A DNA stretch of 64,000 nucleotides from IMG/VR virus record IMGVR_UViG_3300042698_000029, positions 1 through 64,000 of that record; one strand, given 5' to 3'. This stretch comes from a virus. The notes under the pieces were generated by a model that saw only the letters and a program-made list of their open reading frames with translations, ran no database searches and was not told where the DNA came from. The position numbers were made by a program, and so were the translations under genes. This document shows positions 53,101 to 63,074 of this stretch, one piece after another (within the stretch, counting starts at the first letter, position 1; each line of letters starts with the position of its first letter).

Positions 53101-55379
53101 TGACCTCCACCCTGAAGGGCAGCACTTTTGAGATCTCTGAGAACACCCAGGCCCTGGGTGAGTTCGGCGTACAGCAGGCCGTCATGGCCAGCGGAGCCTC
53201 GAAGAACCTGAAGGCCATGGAGGCTCTGCGCGACTTCGGGCCGAGTCTGCGCGAGGCTCTCAGCAAGATGTTCTCGGATCCGGCGAGCGCAGCGGAGATC
53301 CTGAACAAGGAAATCGCGCGGGTCAACAAGGCCATTCTGGACATCAAGGCCCCTGAGGATGCGACGGGCTTCCGCAATGCACGCCGCCTCATTCCTGAGA
53401 ACCTGAAGGGAGACCTCAAGACTCTTGAGGATTACTCCGAGCTTCTGTTGACCATCCAGAAGAACGCCCGGCTCAGTGATGAGGCGGTGCGCGGTGGCGC
53501 TCTGGCCAACCAGGCTTTCGGTACGAGCGCCGAGCGGGGCGGAGCGGCTGCCGATGCCATGGCCAACGGTATGGACGGGGCCACCGAGTCGGCTGAGGAC
53601 CTGAACGCTGCGGCCGGGGATCTGGCGGAGCGTACGTCGAACCTGGCGGCCGCTTTCAACTCGCTCGGCAGTTTCTCCTCCGCCATGACGGCGGCGATGG
53701 ACAAGGCCAAGGGCGCGCAGGAGGGGGCGTCGTCGGCGCAGGGTACAGCGGCCACCAACGCGGAGAAGCTCCAGGCTGCACAGGCCAAGCTGTCCGAGTC
53801 GCTGCGGACGGCGGGCGGGGACGCCGACAAGACGAAGAGCGCCTACGACAACTACAACGAGTCTCTGCGGAAGATCCAGTCTGAGTCCGACAAGACGACG
53901 TCTTCCAACCAGGCGGTACAGGCGTCCTTCAAGTCGATCATGAATGAGCTGGAGGCTGTGGCTGCGGCCCGCCTGGAGCGTGCTCAGAATCTGGTCCGCC
54001 TGTCGGCACGTATCCCGCAGGAGGTCCTTCAGGAGCTGGAGAAGCTGGGCCCGGAGTACTCCTCCTTCATTCAGCAGCTGACGACCAAGTCCGACGAGGA
54101 ACTGAAGAAACTCATTCCGGTCCTGCGCGGGGCGGGTGAGGGGGCCTCGGCGGCCTTCGCGCAGGGCCTGGCACAGGTGCTGCCGCTGGTCGCGGGGAAG
54201 GGCAAGGCGGTCGGTGACGCGGCTTCCATCGCGCTGGCGTCGGCCATCAACCAGGCCATCCAGGGCGGCGGAAACATCACCAAGGCCATTCAGGGAGTTG
54301 TCGACGCCATCAAGACGTCGCAGAAGCTCGACATCCCGTTGGATGTGGCGATCGACTTGCAGAAGACCAAGGGCGACATCGAAGCGGTCAACAAGGTCAT
54401 CCGCGATGCCGTGTCTTCTGGAAAACTGACCGCTCAGGCTTCGGTGACGCTCAAGCTGGACCTTTTCAACCAGACGCTGGCTGAACTCCAGGCCAAGGTG
54501 AAAGACTCCTCGCTGGCCGACATCAACGGCAAGGCGACCCTCAGCGTGGAGCAGTACGACCGCGACAAGGAGCGTCTCCAGAACGAAGGGACGGCCGCCA
54601 CCCTTCAGAACCTGCTCGGCATCGAGGGCCTGGCGGAGCTGAACCCCGAGGGGTACCAGGCGGCCCTCGATCTCCTGAAGCGGCTGAGCCTGAGCACCAC
54701 CGCTTCGAATTCCCTGGGGCCGGAGGGCACGCCCACCATCAACCCGGGTCCTTACGAGCATGACCTGGGCGTACTGACGCAGAAGGGGCAGGACTGGAAG
54801 GCTCTTCAGGACAGGTATCTTCAGCCTCGCCCCTCCATCGACCAGAGCCAGTACAACAAGGACCGGTCCACGATGGAGGGCAATGCGCAGTACACGGGTA
54901 ACGTGATTCAGGCGAACCTGACGCGTACGGCACGAGTGAGTGTTGCCTACACGTACTACGCGACCAACAGCCCCCCGGCTGGCGCGGACCGTGCCCAGGC
55001 CGCCACGGGTGGCTGGATCTCCGGCCCTGGCGGCCCGCGCGCGGACCGGGTGCCGATGATGCTCTCCAACGGTGAGTTCGTGGTCAACGCCCGAGCTGCC
55101 TCGCAGTACGGCTCCCTGCTCCAGGCCATCAACGACTCCGGCCTGCGCGGAGCCAGTTCCATGAGGTTCGGGGACCGTAGCCCGGGAGCGCAGTTCATGA
55201 GCTCCGTCACCCAGCGCCGTCCTGTCGGGGAGTCCCGTTTCCCGCGTCGCACCCAGACTCTCGCCACCGAGCCCCGTACGGTGATCAACGTAAGCAACAC
55301 CTACCCTCAGGCCGAGCCGACCTCCGTGACGGTCAACCGCTCGCTGGCCTACGCAGCGATGCTCGACGGGACGATCTGA
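50199..55379 (+). CDS. tape measure protein
   Basis: 1726 aa Ala-rich helical protein; TP901-like core; C-terminal ATGG.ISGPG...LSNGEFVV. Confidence 0.95.
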   Translation: MATQFDAVARLSVDLRGFAAASRTMTSQGGQMQKVFRDLHNVLNQVDIVEKQMAADLRRTLSVFTAAATAAAKYAQAVKVLATNEVTAANGAQNMSRAFEHLRTALSSITGLSEKEAARLQRTLGLYNQMASALLKVNQATALAAKTTQQAGQAEQQRLLNSERLAAAALRTESAQARLNQQLERQRSITQQATAAQTQFGTSLGNTGRLTLALRADLSELEQAYRKLVSGITQSATASISAAISHEAAFAQVIRVTGETGKAGEAMRKEFEKLTTTLPVSFEELAKIGQLAAQTGVANDQLIRFSDTVVRFSVTTGIASDQVTVLFARIADMLDLPTNQMNNFASTILKLGTISAATENEILKVTQSIASAGRAFGLSTEEIAGLSGALASLRIPPEWSRGSATRIFRDLDNAANGAGEGMKVLVEVLGMSADEITNLRRNDPGTFFLKFVEGMQQFTREGQLAAGTTRTITDVMSDLEINAVRDIDFITRLANNFGTLKTQTNEAFLEFARGTELTRQTEIVFGTTRQNIDNLKDAFETFIAKAGSPFAKILGLVADRLTVAIEAFQEFGPVGKAAVSVLIGMVSVGAAVAAAIGLYRMALIRTARSVIAFNQVQRDMNGQALNGRNVWRLYREQQEQTRQSVASNAAAQREAAASTVAAGRATSQSAAATSQVVASTNAAAAATGRLSSQLSSSMTQYNRVTAATTAQAAAQRSQQIVQNQASRAVATYAAAWTQTERALPRATAAIRNGTASMQQQQQVSRSVVQAQQAIASSAVRTADAQLQMGIAQRQAAASSAAAAAGSRGVAASAIAAGVAVRGAAAAMSVFRLALTSIGIGIVITALTSLYFALTRTKDATQEAAQAGFDAAGGMTAFGDAVRKDQEAISNGSRVIATYTAAAKDLSLETRERINAQLAAARQEQAFIEAVGGSVEALKEQAKGTGASAQQAQGYVKRWLAADDVIKKLTSTLKGSTFEISENTQALGEFGVQQAVMASGASKNLKAMEALRDFGPSLREALSKMFSDPASAAEILNKEIARVNKAILDIKAPEDATGFRNARRLIPENLKGDLKTLEDYSELLLTIQKNARLSDEAVRGGALANQAFGTSAERGGAAADAMANGMDGATESAEDLNAAAGDLAERTSNLAAAFNSLGSFSSAMTAAMDKAKGAQEGASSAQGTAATNAEKLQAAQAKLSESLRTAGGDADKTKSAYDNYNESLRKIQSESDKTTSSNQAVQASFKSIMNELEAVAAARLERAQNLVRLSARIPQEVLQELEKLGPEYSSFIQQLTTKSDEELKKLIPVLRGAGEGASAAFAQGLAQVLPLVAGKGKAVGDAASIALASAINQAIQGGGNITKAIQGVVDAIKTSQKLDIPLDVAIDLQKTKGDIEAVNKVIRDAVSSGKLTAQASVTLKLDLFNQTLAELQAKVKDSSLADINGKATLSVEQYDRDKERLQNEGTAATLQNLLGIEGLAELNPEGYQAALDLLKRLSLSTTASNSLGPEGTPTINPGPYEHDLGVLTQKGQDWKALQDRYLQPRPSIDQSQYNKDRSTMEGNAQYTGNVIQANLTRTARVSVAYTYYATNSPPAGADRAQAATGGWISGPGGPRADRVPMMLSNGEFVVNARAASQYGSLLQAINDSGLRGASSMRFGDRSPGAQFMSSVTQRRPVGESRFPRRTQTLATEPRTVINVSNTYPQAEPTSVTVNRSLAYAAMLDGTI

Positions 55380-56257
55380 TGGCAGTCACTTTCGAGATCA
55401 ACGGCTTCCTTCTGGACAAGAAGGACGTCTGCAAGGTGATGGAGGGCACCGAGTACTCCAGCGCCGTCACCATGAGGCGCCTGAACATCGACTCCCCGGG
55501 CCTGCACGGACAGATCCCCATGTGGATCGACCCCCTGGACGTCTTGAAGGTGACCCTGCGGCTGCGCGTCCTCAAGCCCCGCAAGTCAGCTCAGACCGTC
55601 CTGCACAACAACGTGCGGCTCATCCAGTCCCTGTTCCGGCCGGGCGGGTACCTCGCCTCGCAGTCTTCGATTGTCACGCCGCTCGAAATCATCCGGGACC
55701 GGGACGGCTTGCGGGTGAGGGCCTTCGCGCAGCTGGAGACCATGAGCCAGGCCGAGTACTCGCACACCGGCGGTTTCGCCGACATGACGGTGGTGCTGAA
55801 CATCCCGCGTGGCGTCTGGGAGTCCACCACCAGCGAGGACGTCAGCTTCGCCGCCAACGTGAACGGTCAGGCCTACTCCACGGCGGCCAAGACCGTGCTG
55901 CCCTTCTACCCCCTGGTCCGGGTGGCCGGTCCCTTCACTTCGGTGCAGGTGCGGGATACTCATTCCAACACGGGTGTCCTGTGGACCCGCTCGCCGGGCA
56001 TCTCCAGCGGCAGATTCCTGCTGATCGATCCCTACACGATGGGCGCCTGGGACAAGGCCACCAACGGCTGGGACCCCACCGACCCCGGCACGAACGACGC
56101 GCGCAGCGGCTTGTACGAGATCGGTAACGGTCCTCTGAATGCGACCCGGTCCTACGTAGGGACTACCCCGGTCATTCTCACAGGCATCGACACCAGCATG
56201 CTCGGCGGGTCCGGGGGCACCCCCATCACCCTACGAGGACGATACACGGAGCCGTAA
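55379..56257 (+). CDS. distal tail / minor tail protein
   Basis: Directly after tape measure gene, TGATG coupling. Confidence 0.8.
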   Translation: MAVTFEINGFLLDKKDVCKVMEGTEYSSAVTMRRLNIDSPGLHGQIPMWIDPLDVLKVTLRLRVLKPRKSAQTVLHNNVRLIQSLFRPGGYLASQSSIVTPLEIIRDRDGLRVRAFAQLETMSQAEYSHTGGFADMTVVLNIPRGVWESTTSEDVSFAANVNGQAYSTAAKTVLPFYPLVRVAGPFTSVQVRDTHSNTGVLWTRSPGISSGRFLLIDPYTMGAWDKATNGWDPTDPGTNDARSGLYEIGNGPLNATRSYVGTTPVILTGIDTSMLGGSGGTPITLRGRYTEP

Positions 56258-56258
56258 C

Positions 56259-58943
56259 ATGCCCTACGGAGACGGCGAAAAGGTCTTCGGCCGACTGGTC
56301 GCCTACCTTCCCGACGGGCCTGTTCTGGGCCCGCTGTCCCACCCGATCTCATGGAACGCCTCCGTCCCTTTCAACGACATCGGCGCCCTTGAACTCGTCT
56401 ACCACCCCGAGGCGCCCAACTATGAGTTCCTCCAGCTGTACGGCGGGGAGGTCGCCGTGGAGCTCCGGGTGGACCAGTCGGATTTCTGGGTTGAGCCGCC
56501 CGGATGCCGGTTTCTGAACCTGCGCAGGCACGACGAGACTGCCTCCCGGGACGAGCCGACGCGCTTCTCCATGCCCAACTACGGGTGGCTGCTGCGCAAG
56601 GTCCGCCAGATCGACCTGTCGAAGTTCAACTCTGACGGGGTCCGGCCGTACACGAACGCCACTCCTCCGTGGGCGATGAAGGACATCCTGACGGAGGCGC
56701 AGGCCCGCAGCAACATTCCTGGTCTCGACCACAGCTCTTTCGCGCCTCTTGTCGCCTCCGACGGTGCGGGGTGGATCGAGGGCATGACGATGAGCTTCGA
56801 GATGGGCCAGGACGCCCTGTCCATGCTCGACGCGTTCAGCCGTCAGCGCCTGTGTGACTGGAACTTCTTCAAGCGGGCCCTGAACATCTACAACCCAAAC
56901 ACGTTCCTCACACAGAACGTCTCTTCCACGGTGAAGCTCTTCGACCGGTACGACGTGGTCACGTCGCCAATGGAGTTCACCTACGAGGACATGGCCACCC
57001 GCCTGCTCCAGCAGGGCGACAACGGGGCGGCCCTGGTGGTCACCGACGCCAAGCCGTTCTCCCCGTGGGGCGCGTGGGAGGAGTCGTCCACCGCGTCCGG
57101 TGTGTCCGACCCCTCCGAGCTGACGCGGCTGGCCCAGAAGGACCTCGCATCCAAGTACGACTACAAGACCGAGTACACCAAGGAGGTGATCTTCCGGCAG
57201 AACACCCCCAAGCCGCTGATCGACTTCTACCCCGGCAACCTGATCACCACGAATCAGTCCAACGCCGCCCGCGTCCAGCAGATCACCATCACCTGCGACG
57301 GCCCGCACAAGGCGGTGCGTGGCTCACTGGTCCTCTCCAACCACCCCGACGTGAACCGCATGGTGCCCCGGGAACTGCGCCAGCAGCGGTGGATCAACTC
57401 CTTGATCGGAGGCGGCGGAGTAGGCGGGTCGGCGGCCACCGGCGGCAACGGCATGTTCAACTTCACCCGCGTCGCTCCCTCACCCCCTGCCCCCAACGCA
57501 CCTGCTCCGGCCCAGGTGACGGGTGTGGTCGCCACCAATGGACCCGGCTTCGACTCGATCGGACATCCCGAGGCCCAGATCCTCCTCAGCTGGAATCCGG
57601 TCACCACGGACGCCACCGGTGCGGCGATGAGCCCCGCCTACTACCAGCTGATGATCCAGCCCACCATCTACACCAGCGACCGTCCCATCCCCATGGAGGT
57701 CAGCTCTGCCTCCACGCAGGCCCACGTGGTGGTGGACAACGACGGCAGCTGGAACTACGCGGTGCGGGCGGTGTCCCAGCAAGGCGTGACGGGGGCATAC
57801 TCGGCCACCGGCACTATTGCGGTCACGTGGCCCACCACGAGTCCCCCTACCGCTTCGGCTCCCTCCTTGTTCAGCCTCTCCAACCAGGTCCGGGTCGCGT
57901 GGGACGGACTCGATTCCACGGGAGCAGTTCCCCCTGCCTACGTGAAGTACTACTGCATCGAGAGGTCCACCACTTCTTCCTCCACGGGGTTCGGCGGCCT
58001 GGGTGCCTTGGCGGCTTACGGCCAGGGGTTTGACAACCGCATGCACGACACCCTGAACACCGGCACGGTCGTCTGGTACCGGGCCCGCTTCCGGGACAGT
58101 GCGGGGAACTTCGGTCCGTATTCGTCCGTTGTGAGCACTACGGTGGCGGGTCCGTCAGGGTCCATTCCTGTCGGTTCGCTGAACGCGAACGTCCTTCAGG
58201 ACGGGACGATCACCACAGCGCAGATCGGGACGTCCGCTGTACAGGGTTCCCAGATCGGGTCGTACGAGGTCTACAACGAGAACCTCCTCACAGGGCGCCC
58301 CTCGCGCAACCTCGTCCGGGACTCCAGTGCTTCTACTTTCCAAGGGGCTTTCCGAGCACAGTGCTCGAACTCGGCAACGAACTCGGCTACCCGCTGCCCG
58401 TGGACGTGGACGGCCTCGGTGGGGTGGTCCTCGGTCCTGAGCGCAGGCGGTGAGTACGACAACCGCCTGGTCTTGATCAACAGCGGCAACAAGTTCCTCG
58501 ACGCCACCCCGGGCTCGACCACCCAGGCTCTTCCGAACCTGGACTACGGCTACCTGGTGGATCCGGAGAACGGTCCGCTGAAAATGTCCTTCCGGCAGAA
58601 GATCCAGTCGGCTACGTGGCCAGCGGCGGGCCAGGGGATCAAGATCCAACTGTTTGCCCGGTTCTACACCGCAGACGGGACGGCCATCGGAGGAACAGCG
58701 CAGCTCCTGTACGACGGGCCGTTCCAGAACGTCAATACGCCATCCGGCGGTGGAACGATCGACTACGCCGTGGTGAAGAACAATGTCGGCTTCACGTTGG
58801 GGGGCGGCACCGTTCCGGCAACCAACGACGCGGCCTTCTTCCTGCCCTATTTCCGTGTAACGTCCACGGGTATGAGTGGTCGAGCAGGTGTGCAGGTGCG
58901 CATCACCCGGCCGTTCATCGTGCAGTCCAACGAGACCATCTGA
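56259..58943 (+). CDS. minor tail (Tal/hub) protein with FN3-like domains
   Basis: Position; LSWNPV...YAVRAV and VAWD...WYRARFRD.AGN. Confidence 0.8.
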   Translation: MPYGDGEKVFGRLVAYLPDGPVLGPLSHPISWNASVPFNDIGALELVYHPEAPNYEFLQLYGGEVAVELRVDQSDFWVEPPGCRFLNLRRHDETASRDEPTRFSMPNYGWLLRKVRQIDLSKFNSDGVRPYTNATPPWAMKDILTEAQARSNIPGLDHSSFAPLVASDGAGWIEGMTMSFEMGQDALSMLDAFSRQRLCDWNFFKRALNIYNPNTFLTQNVSSTVKLFDRYDVVTSPMEFTYEDMATRLLQQGDNGAALVVTDAKPFSPWGAWEESSTASGVSDPSELTRLAQKDLASKYDYKTEYTKEVIFRQNTPKPLIDFYPGNLITTNQSNAARVQQITITCDGPHKAVRGSLVLSNHPDVNRMVPRELRQQRWINSLIGGGGVGGSAATGGNGMFNFTRVAPSPPAPNAPAPAQVTGVVATNGPGFDSIGHPEAQILLSWNPVTTDATGAAMSPAYYQLMIQPTIYTSDRPIPMEVSSASTQAHVVVDNDGSWNYAVRAVSQQGVTGAYSATGTIAVTWPTTSPPTASAPSLFSLSNQVRVAWDGLDSTGAVPPAYVKYYCIERSTTSSSTGFGGLGALAAYGQGFDNRMHDTLNTGTVVWYRARFRDSAGNFGPYSSVVSTTVAGPSGSIPVGSLNANVLQDGTITTAQIGTSAVQGSQIGSYEVYNENLLTGRPSRNLVRDSSASTFQGAFRAQCSNSATNSATRCPWTWTASVGWSSVLSAGGEYDNRLVLINSGNKFLDATPGSTTQALPNLDYGYLVDPENGPLKMSFRQKIQSATWPAAGQGIKIQLFARFYTADGTAIGGTAQLLYDGPFQNVNTPSGGGTIDYAVVKNNVGFTLGGGTVPATNDAAFFLPYFRVTSTGMSGRAGVQVRITRPFIVQSNETI

Positions 58944-58952
58944 GAGGTCGCC

Positions 58953-59351
58953 GTGAAGAAGCTCCTCGCCGCCATCACCACGCTGATGGCGGCGACCGCC
59001 CTGACCTGCACCCCGGCCCAGGCCGCGCCTGCCGGGACAACGATGCTCCTCACCGTCTACTCCATGAACGACGGCACGGGCCAGCCGTCCACCAAGCTCG
59101 ACGCCTGGTACCTCGGGTGTTTTCCTCCCGCCGGTACCCATCCCGACTACAAGAAGGCCTGCAAGCTGCTCAGCAAGGTCGACGGCTGGGTAGAGGCCAT
59201 CGAGCGCGACGACCGTGCCTGCACCACCGAGTACAAGCCCGTGATCCTGCGCATCGAAGGGACCTGGAAGGGCCGCGAGCTCTACTGGACCGACCACTAC
59301 GGCAACCGGTGCGAAGCTGCTGCGGCCACCCGGGATCTGTACCCGGTCTGA
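58953..59351 (+). CDS. Streptomyces subtilisin inhibitor (SSI) family protein
   Basis: Signal peptide ending AQA; LGC.PPAGTHP...AC..L; CTTEYKPV; GTWKG; NRC. Confidence 0.9.
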   Translation: MKKLLAAITTLMAATALTCTPAQAAPAGTTMLLTVYSMNDGTGQPSTKLDAWYLGCFPPAGTHPDYKKACKLLSKVDGWVEAIERDDRACTTEYKPVILRIEGTWKGRELYWTDHYGNRCEAAAATRDLYPV

Positions 59352-59358
59352 AATTGGA

Positions 59359-59396
59359 ATCGGGGCGGCAGGGGAATGGGGTCCTGCCGCCCCGAT
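59359..59396. terminator. Hairpin between convergent arms
   Basis: ATCGGGGCGGCAGG/CCTGCCGCCCCGAT. Confidence 0.7.
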
Positions 59397-59416
59397 GAGG
59401 AGCTGCACGTTCCACT

Positions 59417-59911
59417 CTAGCGCCCGGAGCGCACTCGCTGGGGAAAAGCCATACGGCAAGTCGGCCGGTGCCGCCGGTCGAAAAGATGGGTCACACCGTG
59501 CCGCAGAGCGTCGTTCATGTGCTGGGAATTCTTGCCCCGGGCCCGCAGCCCCATGCGTTCCAGGACCGCATCGGTGATCATCATCTTCCCGCCGACCGGC
59601 TCCTGCCAGACCACCTGGTTGTACGGGTTGTCGTCCCTGATCCAGATCTTGACGTGGTCGATGACCTTCTCCGGCGTCGTGTCGGGGATCATCAGTCCCG
59701 GCCGGGTGTGGAACGCCTCCCCCACGAATCCGTGCCGCCCGGGGATCTGGGCCCACTGCTTGAGGGTGTCCAGCGGGGTGAGGTAGTTGGCCGGGTCGTA
59801 GGCGACGGCCGCTGTCTCGACGCGGACCAGCTCACCCTCGGTGGCCAGCAGCAGGGCCAGGCCTGTGGTCGAACCCGGGTCCATGCAGGACAGGTACAGC
59901 GGGTAGGACAT
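59417..59911 (-). CDS. RuvC-like Holliday junction resolvase
   Basis: DPGSTTGLA, GEAF, HMNDALRH. Confidence 0.8.
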   Translation of the reverse strand: MSYPLYLSCMDPGSTTGLALLLATEGELVRVETAAVAYDPANYLTPLDTLKQWAQIPGRHGFVGEAFHTRPGLMIPDTTPEKVIDHVKIWIRDDNPYNQVVWQEPVGGKMMITDAVLERMGLRARGKNSQHMNDALRHGVTHLFDRRHRPTCRMAFPQRVRSGR

Positions 59912-60083
59912 GGTCGCTCCTCGGGTTCGTCGGGTCCGGCAACGCCGGGGTGATTGTGGTGATAACCTCACCTCAGATGAACCGGTGGACCAGCCCCCCT
60001 TGATTCCCCGGTTTGCGCCTTGGATCGGGCGCCTGGAGCTCCGTGCCGCTTCCCACTCCTTTGGGGCACGGAGCTCCCTTCTT

Positions 60084-62117
60084 TCAGGCCGCCATCGCGA
60101 GGTTCTCCTGGTAGGCCTTGTAGTGCTTCTGCCAGGCCTTGCCCTTCTCCTTGTCGTAGCACTCGCCCCAGTTGTCGCCGGGGTTGGAGACGTCGCAGTC
60201 GAAGAAGACGTCGCGCCAGGTGACCCGGAGGCTTTCCTGGACGATCATCGCGACTTCTTCGTAGCGCGCCTTGGGTACGGACAGGACGACCTCGTCGTGT
60301 ACGACCATGAGGAGCATCTGTCGGACCCACAGCGGCATCTGCCGGACGCCGCGCATGATGATCTCCCTGGTGCCCGACTGCCCGTACAGAGCGGGACCCT
60401 GGGTGTGGGCCTGAATCGGGTCGCAGCGCATGGAGCGGCCGAAGCCGTTGTTCAGGATCCAGCCGGACTCCGCCTCCTTGCGGGCCTCGTTGGTCCAGGC
60501 GTTCAGCACCCGGTAGGTCCGGGCCCGCATCTCGAAGTACCGCTCCACAATCTCTCGCGGCAGACCGGTGTTGGCGATGGTCGAGTCGACGCCCATACCG
60601 TAGTTGACGCCGTGGCCGATGGCCTTTGCCTGGTCACGCAGGTACATCATGTTCAGCTGGATGAGCGCTTCCCGGGCCCCGATCTCCCGGGCCAGCTCCT
60701 GGAGCTCCTTGGTGCCGAGCAGGGCGACGGCCACTTCCGCGTGGGCGTCGCGGTCCCCGACGAAGAGCTTCATGTACTCGGGGTCCTGGCTCAAGGCGGC
60801 CATGATCCGCATGTCGCCCTGGGACAGGTCGGAGCACATGATGGCCTCGTCCGGCCGCCGGGGGATGATCAGGCTGCGCTGCTGGAGTCCGGCTCCCCGC
60901 TTGCCCACGTTGGTGATGGAGGGCTGGATGAAGGCAACCCTGCGGCTGACCTGGAGGTCACCGATCTTGGAGTGCACCATGCCGTCGGGACCCGTCTTGT
61001 TGCGGATCTCGGCGAACTTGCGGGACTTGCCGGAGATGACGGTGGCGAGCTGACACATCTCCTGCACTCGTGGGTTGTCCGGGTACAGCTGGCGCAGCCC
61101 GGCCCGGCGCTCGCGCACCTTGCGGATCTGGATGTACGACTCCTTGTTGCGGCTGTCGTACCTCTTTTGCTCCTTCTCCACGGTCACCACCCAGTCACCT
61201 TCGGACAGGGCGTCCTTGGCCGTGGTGACCTTGCCCGTATTGGGCGTGCGAGGAATGTCCTCCGGTGCCACCCCGGCCGCCAGGAGACCGGCCTCGAAGG
61301 CTTCACGCCCGAGGTTCGTCGCCAGAGGAGCTTCACCTGTCTCGGGGATTCCCGGGCACAGCTCCGTGAGCTGCATGCGGGCCTCGGCGACCTTGGCGTT
61401 CTCTTCAGCCACCCGCAGGTCGGCGGTCGGGATGTGGATGCGGCAACCGTGGTAGGTCATGCGGTTCAGGTTGCGGAAGTTCTCCAGCTCGTCACGGGAC
61501 ACACTGCGGTTCAGGTGCCTCCACAGCTTGCGGAAGACGTCCTGGGTGGAGATGAGGTCGCCTTCCAAGTACTCGATCAGCTCCGGGTCCCACCAGGGGA
61601 TCAGGTGGTACGCACCCAGCTCCTTGTACTTGGCGCGCACGGCCCGCTTGGCCGCCTGTGCCTCGCGTCCGGTGAGTCCTTCAGCCGCCTCGGCCGCCAT
61701 CTCCTCGATCACGCGGTTCGACAGGCGCTTGGCGGAGTCGGTCTTGCCCTCGACGCCGACGCGCTCGGCGATGGCCTGGAGGTTGTACAGGACCGTCGGC
61801 ATGGTCTTCGGCGCCGGAGGGTGCTCTTCCTGGGCGAGCACCATGATGTCGAAGGCTTTGGCCATCAGGGCTTCGTAGTTGCCCCCCGCGTGCACGCACA
61901 GGGCCGGGATGTCGAACGCGTAGATGTTCTGGCCGTAAATGATGTCGGCGGCCATCAGAACTTCGAGCAGTTCGGCAGGATCGTTGGTGACGTGCGTGAC
62001 GCCGTCTTCGATCCAGCCGCACAGAACGATGTACGGTTCGGGTTGGTCCCAGACGTAGAGGCGCTCTGCGGTCCCTGTTTCCAGGTCGAAGCCTACGATC
62101 CTCTTCTTCGGGTTCAT
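60084..62117 (-). CDS. polA: DNA polymerase, family A
   Basis: Exo I FDLET; motif A DLSQGDMR; motif B RDQAK...NYG; motif C HDE. Confidence 0.95.
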   Translation of the reverse strand: MNPKKRIVGFDLETGTAERLYVWDQPEPYIVLCGWIEDGVTHVTNDPAELLEVLMAADIIYGQNIYAFDIPALCVHAGGNYEALMAKAFDIMVLAQEEHPPAPKTMPTVLYNLQAIAERVGVEGKTDSAKRLSNRVIEEMAAEAAEGLTGREAQAAKRAVRAKYKELGAYHLIPWWDPELIEYLEGDLISTQDVFRKLWRHLNRSVSRDELENFRNLNRMTYHGCRIHIPTADLRVAEENAKVAEARMQLTELCPGIPETGEAPLATNLGREAFEAGLLAAGVAPEDIPRTPNTGKVTTAKDALSEGDWVVTVEKEQKRYDSRNKESYIQIRKVRERRAGLRQLYPDNPRVQEMCQLATVISGKSRKFAEIRNKTGPDGMVHSKIGDLQVSRRVAFIQPSITNVGKRGAGLQQRSLIIPRRPDEAIMCSDLSQGDMRIMAALSQDPEYMKLFVGDRDAHAEVAVALLGTKELQELAREIGAREALIQLNMMYLRDQAKAIGHGVNYGMGVDSTIANTGLPREIVERYFEMRARTYRVLNAWTNEARKEAESGWILNNGFGRSMRCDPIQAHTQGPALYGQSGTREIIMRGVRQMPLWVRQMLLMVVHDEVVLSVPKARYEEVAMIVQESLRVTWRDVFFDCDVSNPGDNWGECYDKEKGKAWQKHYKAYQENLAMAA

Positions 62118-63052
62118 CTCTCCTCCTCACAGGGGCAGTTGCGCAGGTGCCTCGGACGTTCCTCGTCCAGTGCCCGGATCCCCCACAGCTGTTCCCAGCG
62201 CCGGATGGTGCCATGTGCCTTGGCATCATCGCCGGGACACCCCGGGTCGAGTCCTCCGATACGCATGTGGAACGGTGTCTCGCCTGGTAGCGGGACCGCT
62301 GCCTGGTGGGTTTTGAGCAGCGCCAGAGAGCTTCCCCCGAGCCGCATGCGCGTCTCGGGGTCCAGGTCAAAGCGTGGGTCGAACTCTTTACGGATCCTCT
62401 TGCGATGATAAGAGGCCCAGGGATCCAGGGGTACGACCGCTCCGTGTGAGATGTCGCACTCCTGTGGGTAGAACCATTCGCCTTTCTCCGGCTTTTTCAG
62501 CAGGTCACGGGGTACGCCGGAGATGCGGGAGAGCAGGGCGGCGGGAACCTTGGCGGAGGCGAAGAGGGTGACGGTCTGCCGGTAGGCCGTCATGCCGTCG
62601 GCGGAGGCGTCGAGCAGGTCGCGTACTACCTCCGACGAGCAGGTGCCCAGGACGCGGCTGGCCGGGGCCGAGGGTACGGGGATCATCCACTTGGTGACGG
62701 TGCTGGAGGCGACGCCGGTGAGGGCGGCCAGGTGCGGGGCGGAGAACAGGCGCAGCACGGACAGGACTTCGACGGCCTGGCGGACGGTGTCGCGCGAGGT
62801 GGACTTGCGCTTGCTCATGCGGTGCGCCCACCAGGCCAGGGCCAGGATCTCGCCCAGTTCGGAGCGGGTGTAGCGGTAGGTGTAGTGGGCGTCGTTCTTG
62901 GCGGTCCGGGCCTTCTTTCCCGCGACCGATCCCGGGGCTGTGGACGCCCGCCTGACGGCGTCCTCCATGTAGGTGAGTGTCTGGGGAGGGAGGAGTCCGC
63001 CGAGGGCCTGTGCGACGCGTCCAGAGGCGGTGACGGGCCGGGCCTGCCCCAT
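62114..63052 (-). CDS. hypothetical protein with HTH-like segment
   Basis: LAALTGVASSTVTKW; GGAG RBS; ATGA overlap with polymerase gene. Confidence 0.65.
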   Translation of the reverse strand: MGQARPVTASGRVAQALGGLLPPQTLTYMEDAVRRASTAPGSVAGKKARTAKNDAHYTYRYTRSELGEILALAWWAHRMSKRKSTSRDTVRQAVEVLSVLRLFSAPHLAALTGVASSTVTKWMIPVPSAPASRVLGTCSSEVVRDLLDASADGMTAYRQTVTLFASAKVPAALLSRISGVPRDLLKKPEKGEWFYPQECDISHGAVVPLDPWASYHRKRIRKEFDPRFDLDPETRMRLGGSSLALLKTHQAAVPLPGETPFHMRIGGLDPGCPGDDAKAHGTIRRWEQLWGIRALDEERPRHLRNCPCEEER

Positions 63053-63074
63053 GGCGGACTCCTCCCTCCGACAG

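Noticed and set aside
50010-54761. Long minus-strand ORFs (777 and 615 aa)
   Set aside because: Antisense shadows of the tape measure gene
57391-57400. 10-nt complement to the sRNA B 5' segment in the minor tail gene
   Set aside because: Too short to distinguish from chance
59910-62408. 832-aa plus-strand ORF
   Set aside because: Antisense shadow of the DNA polymerase gene, typical of high-GC DNA
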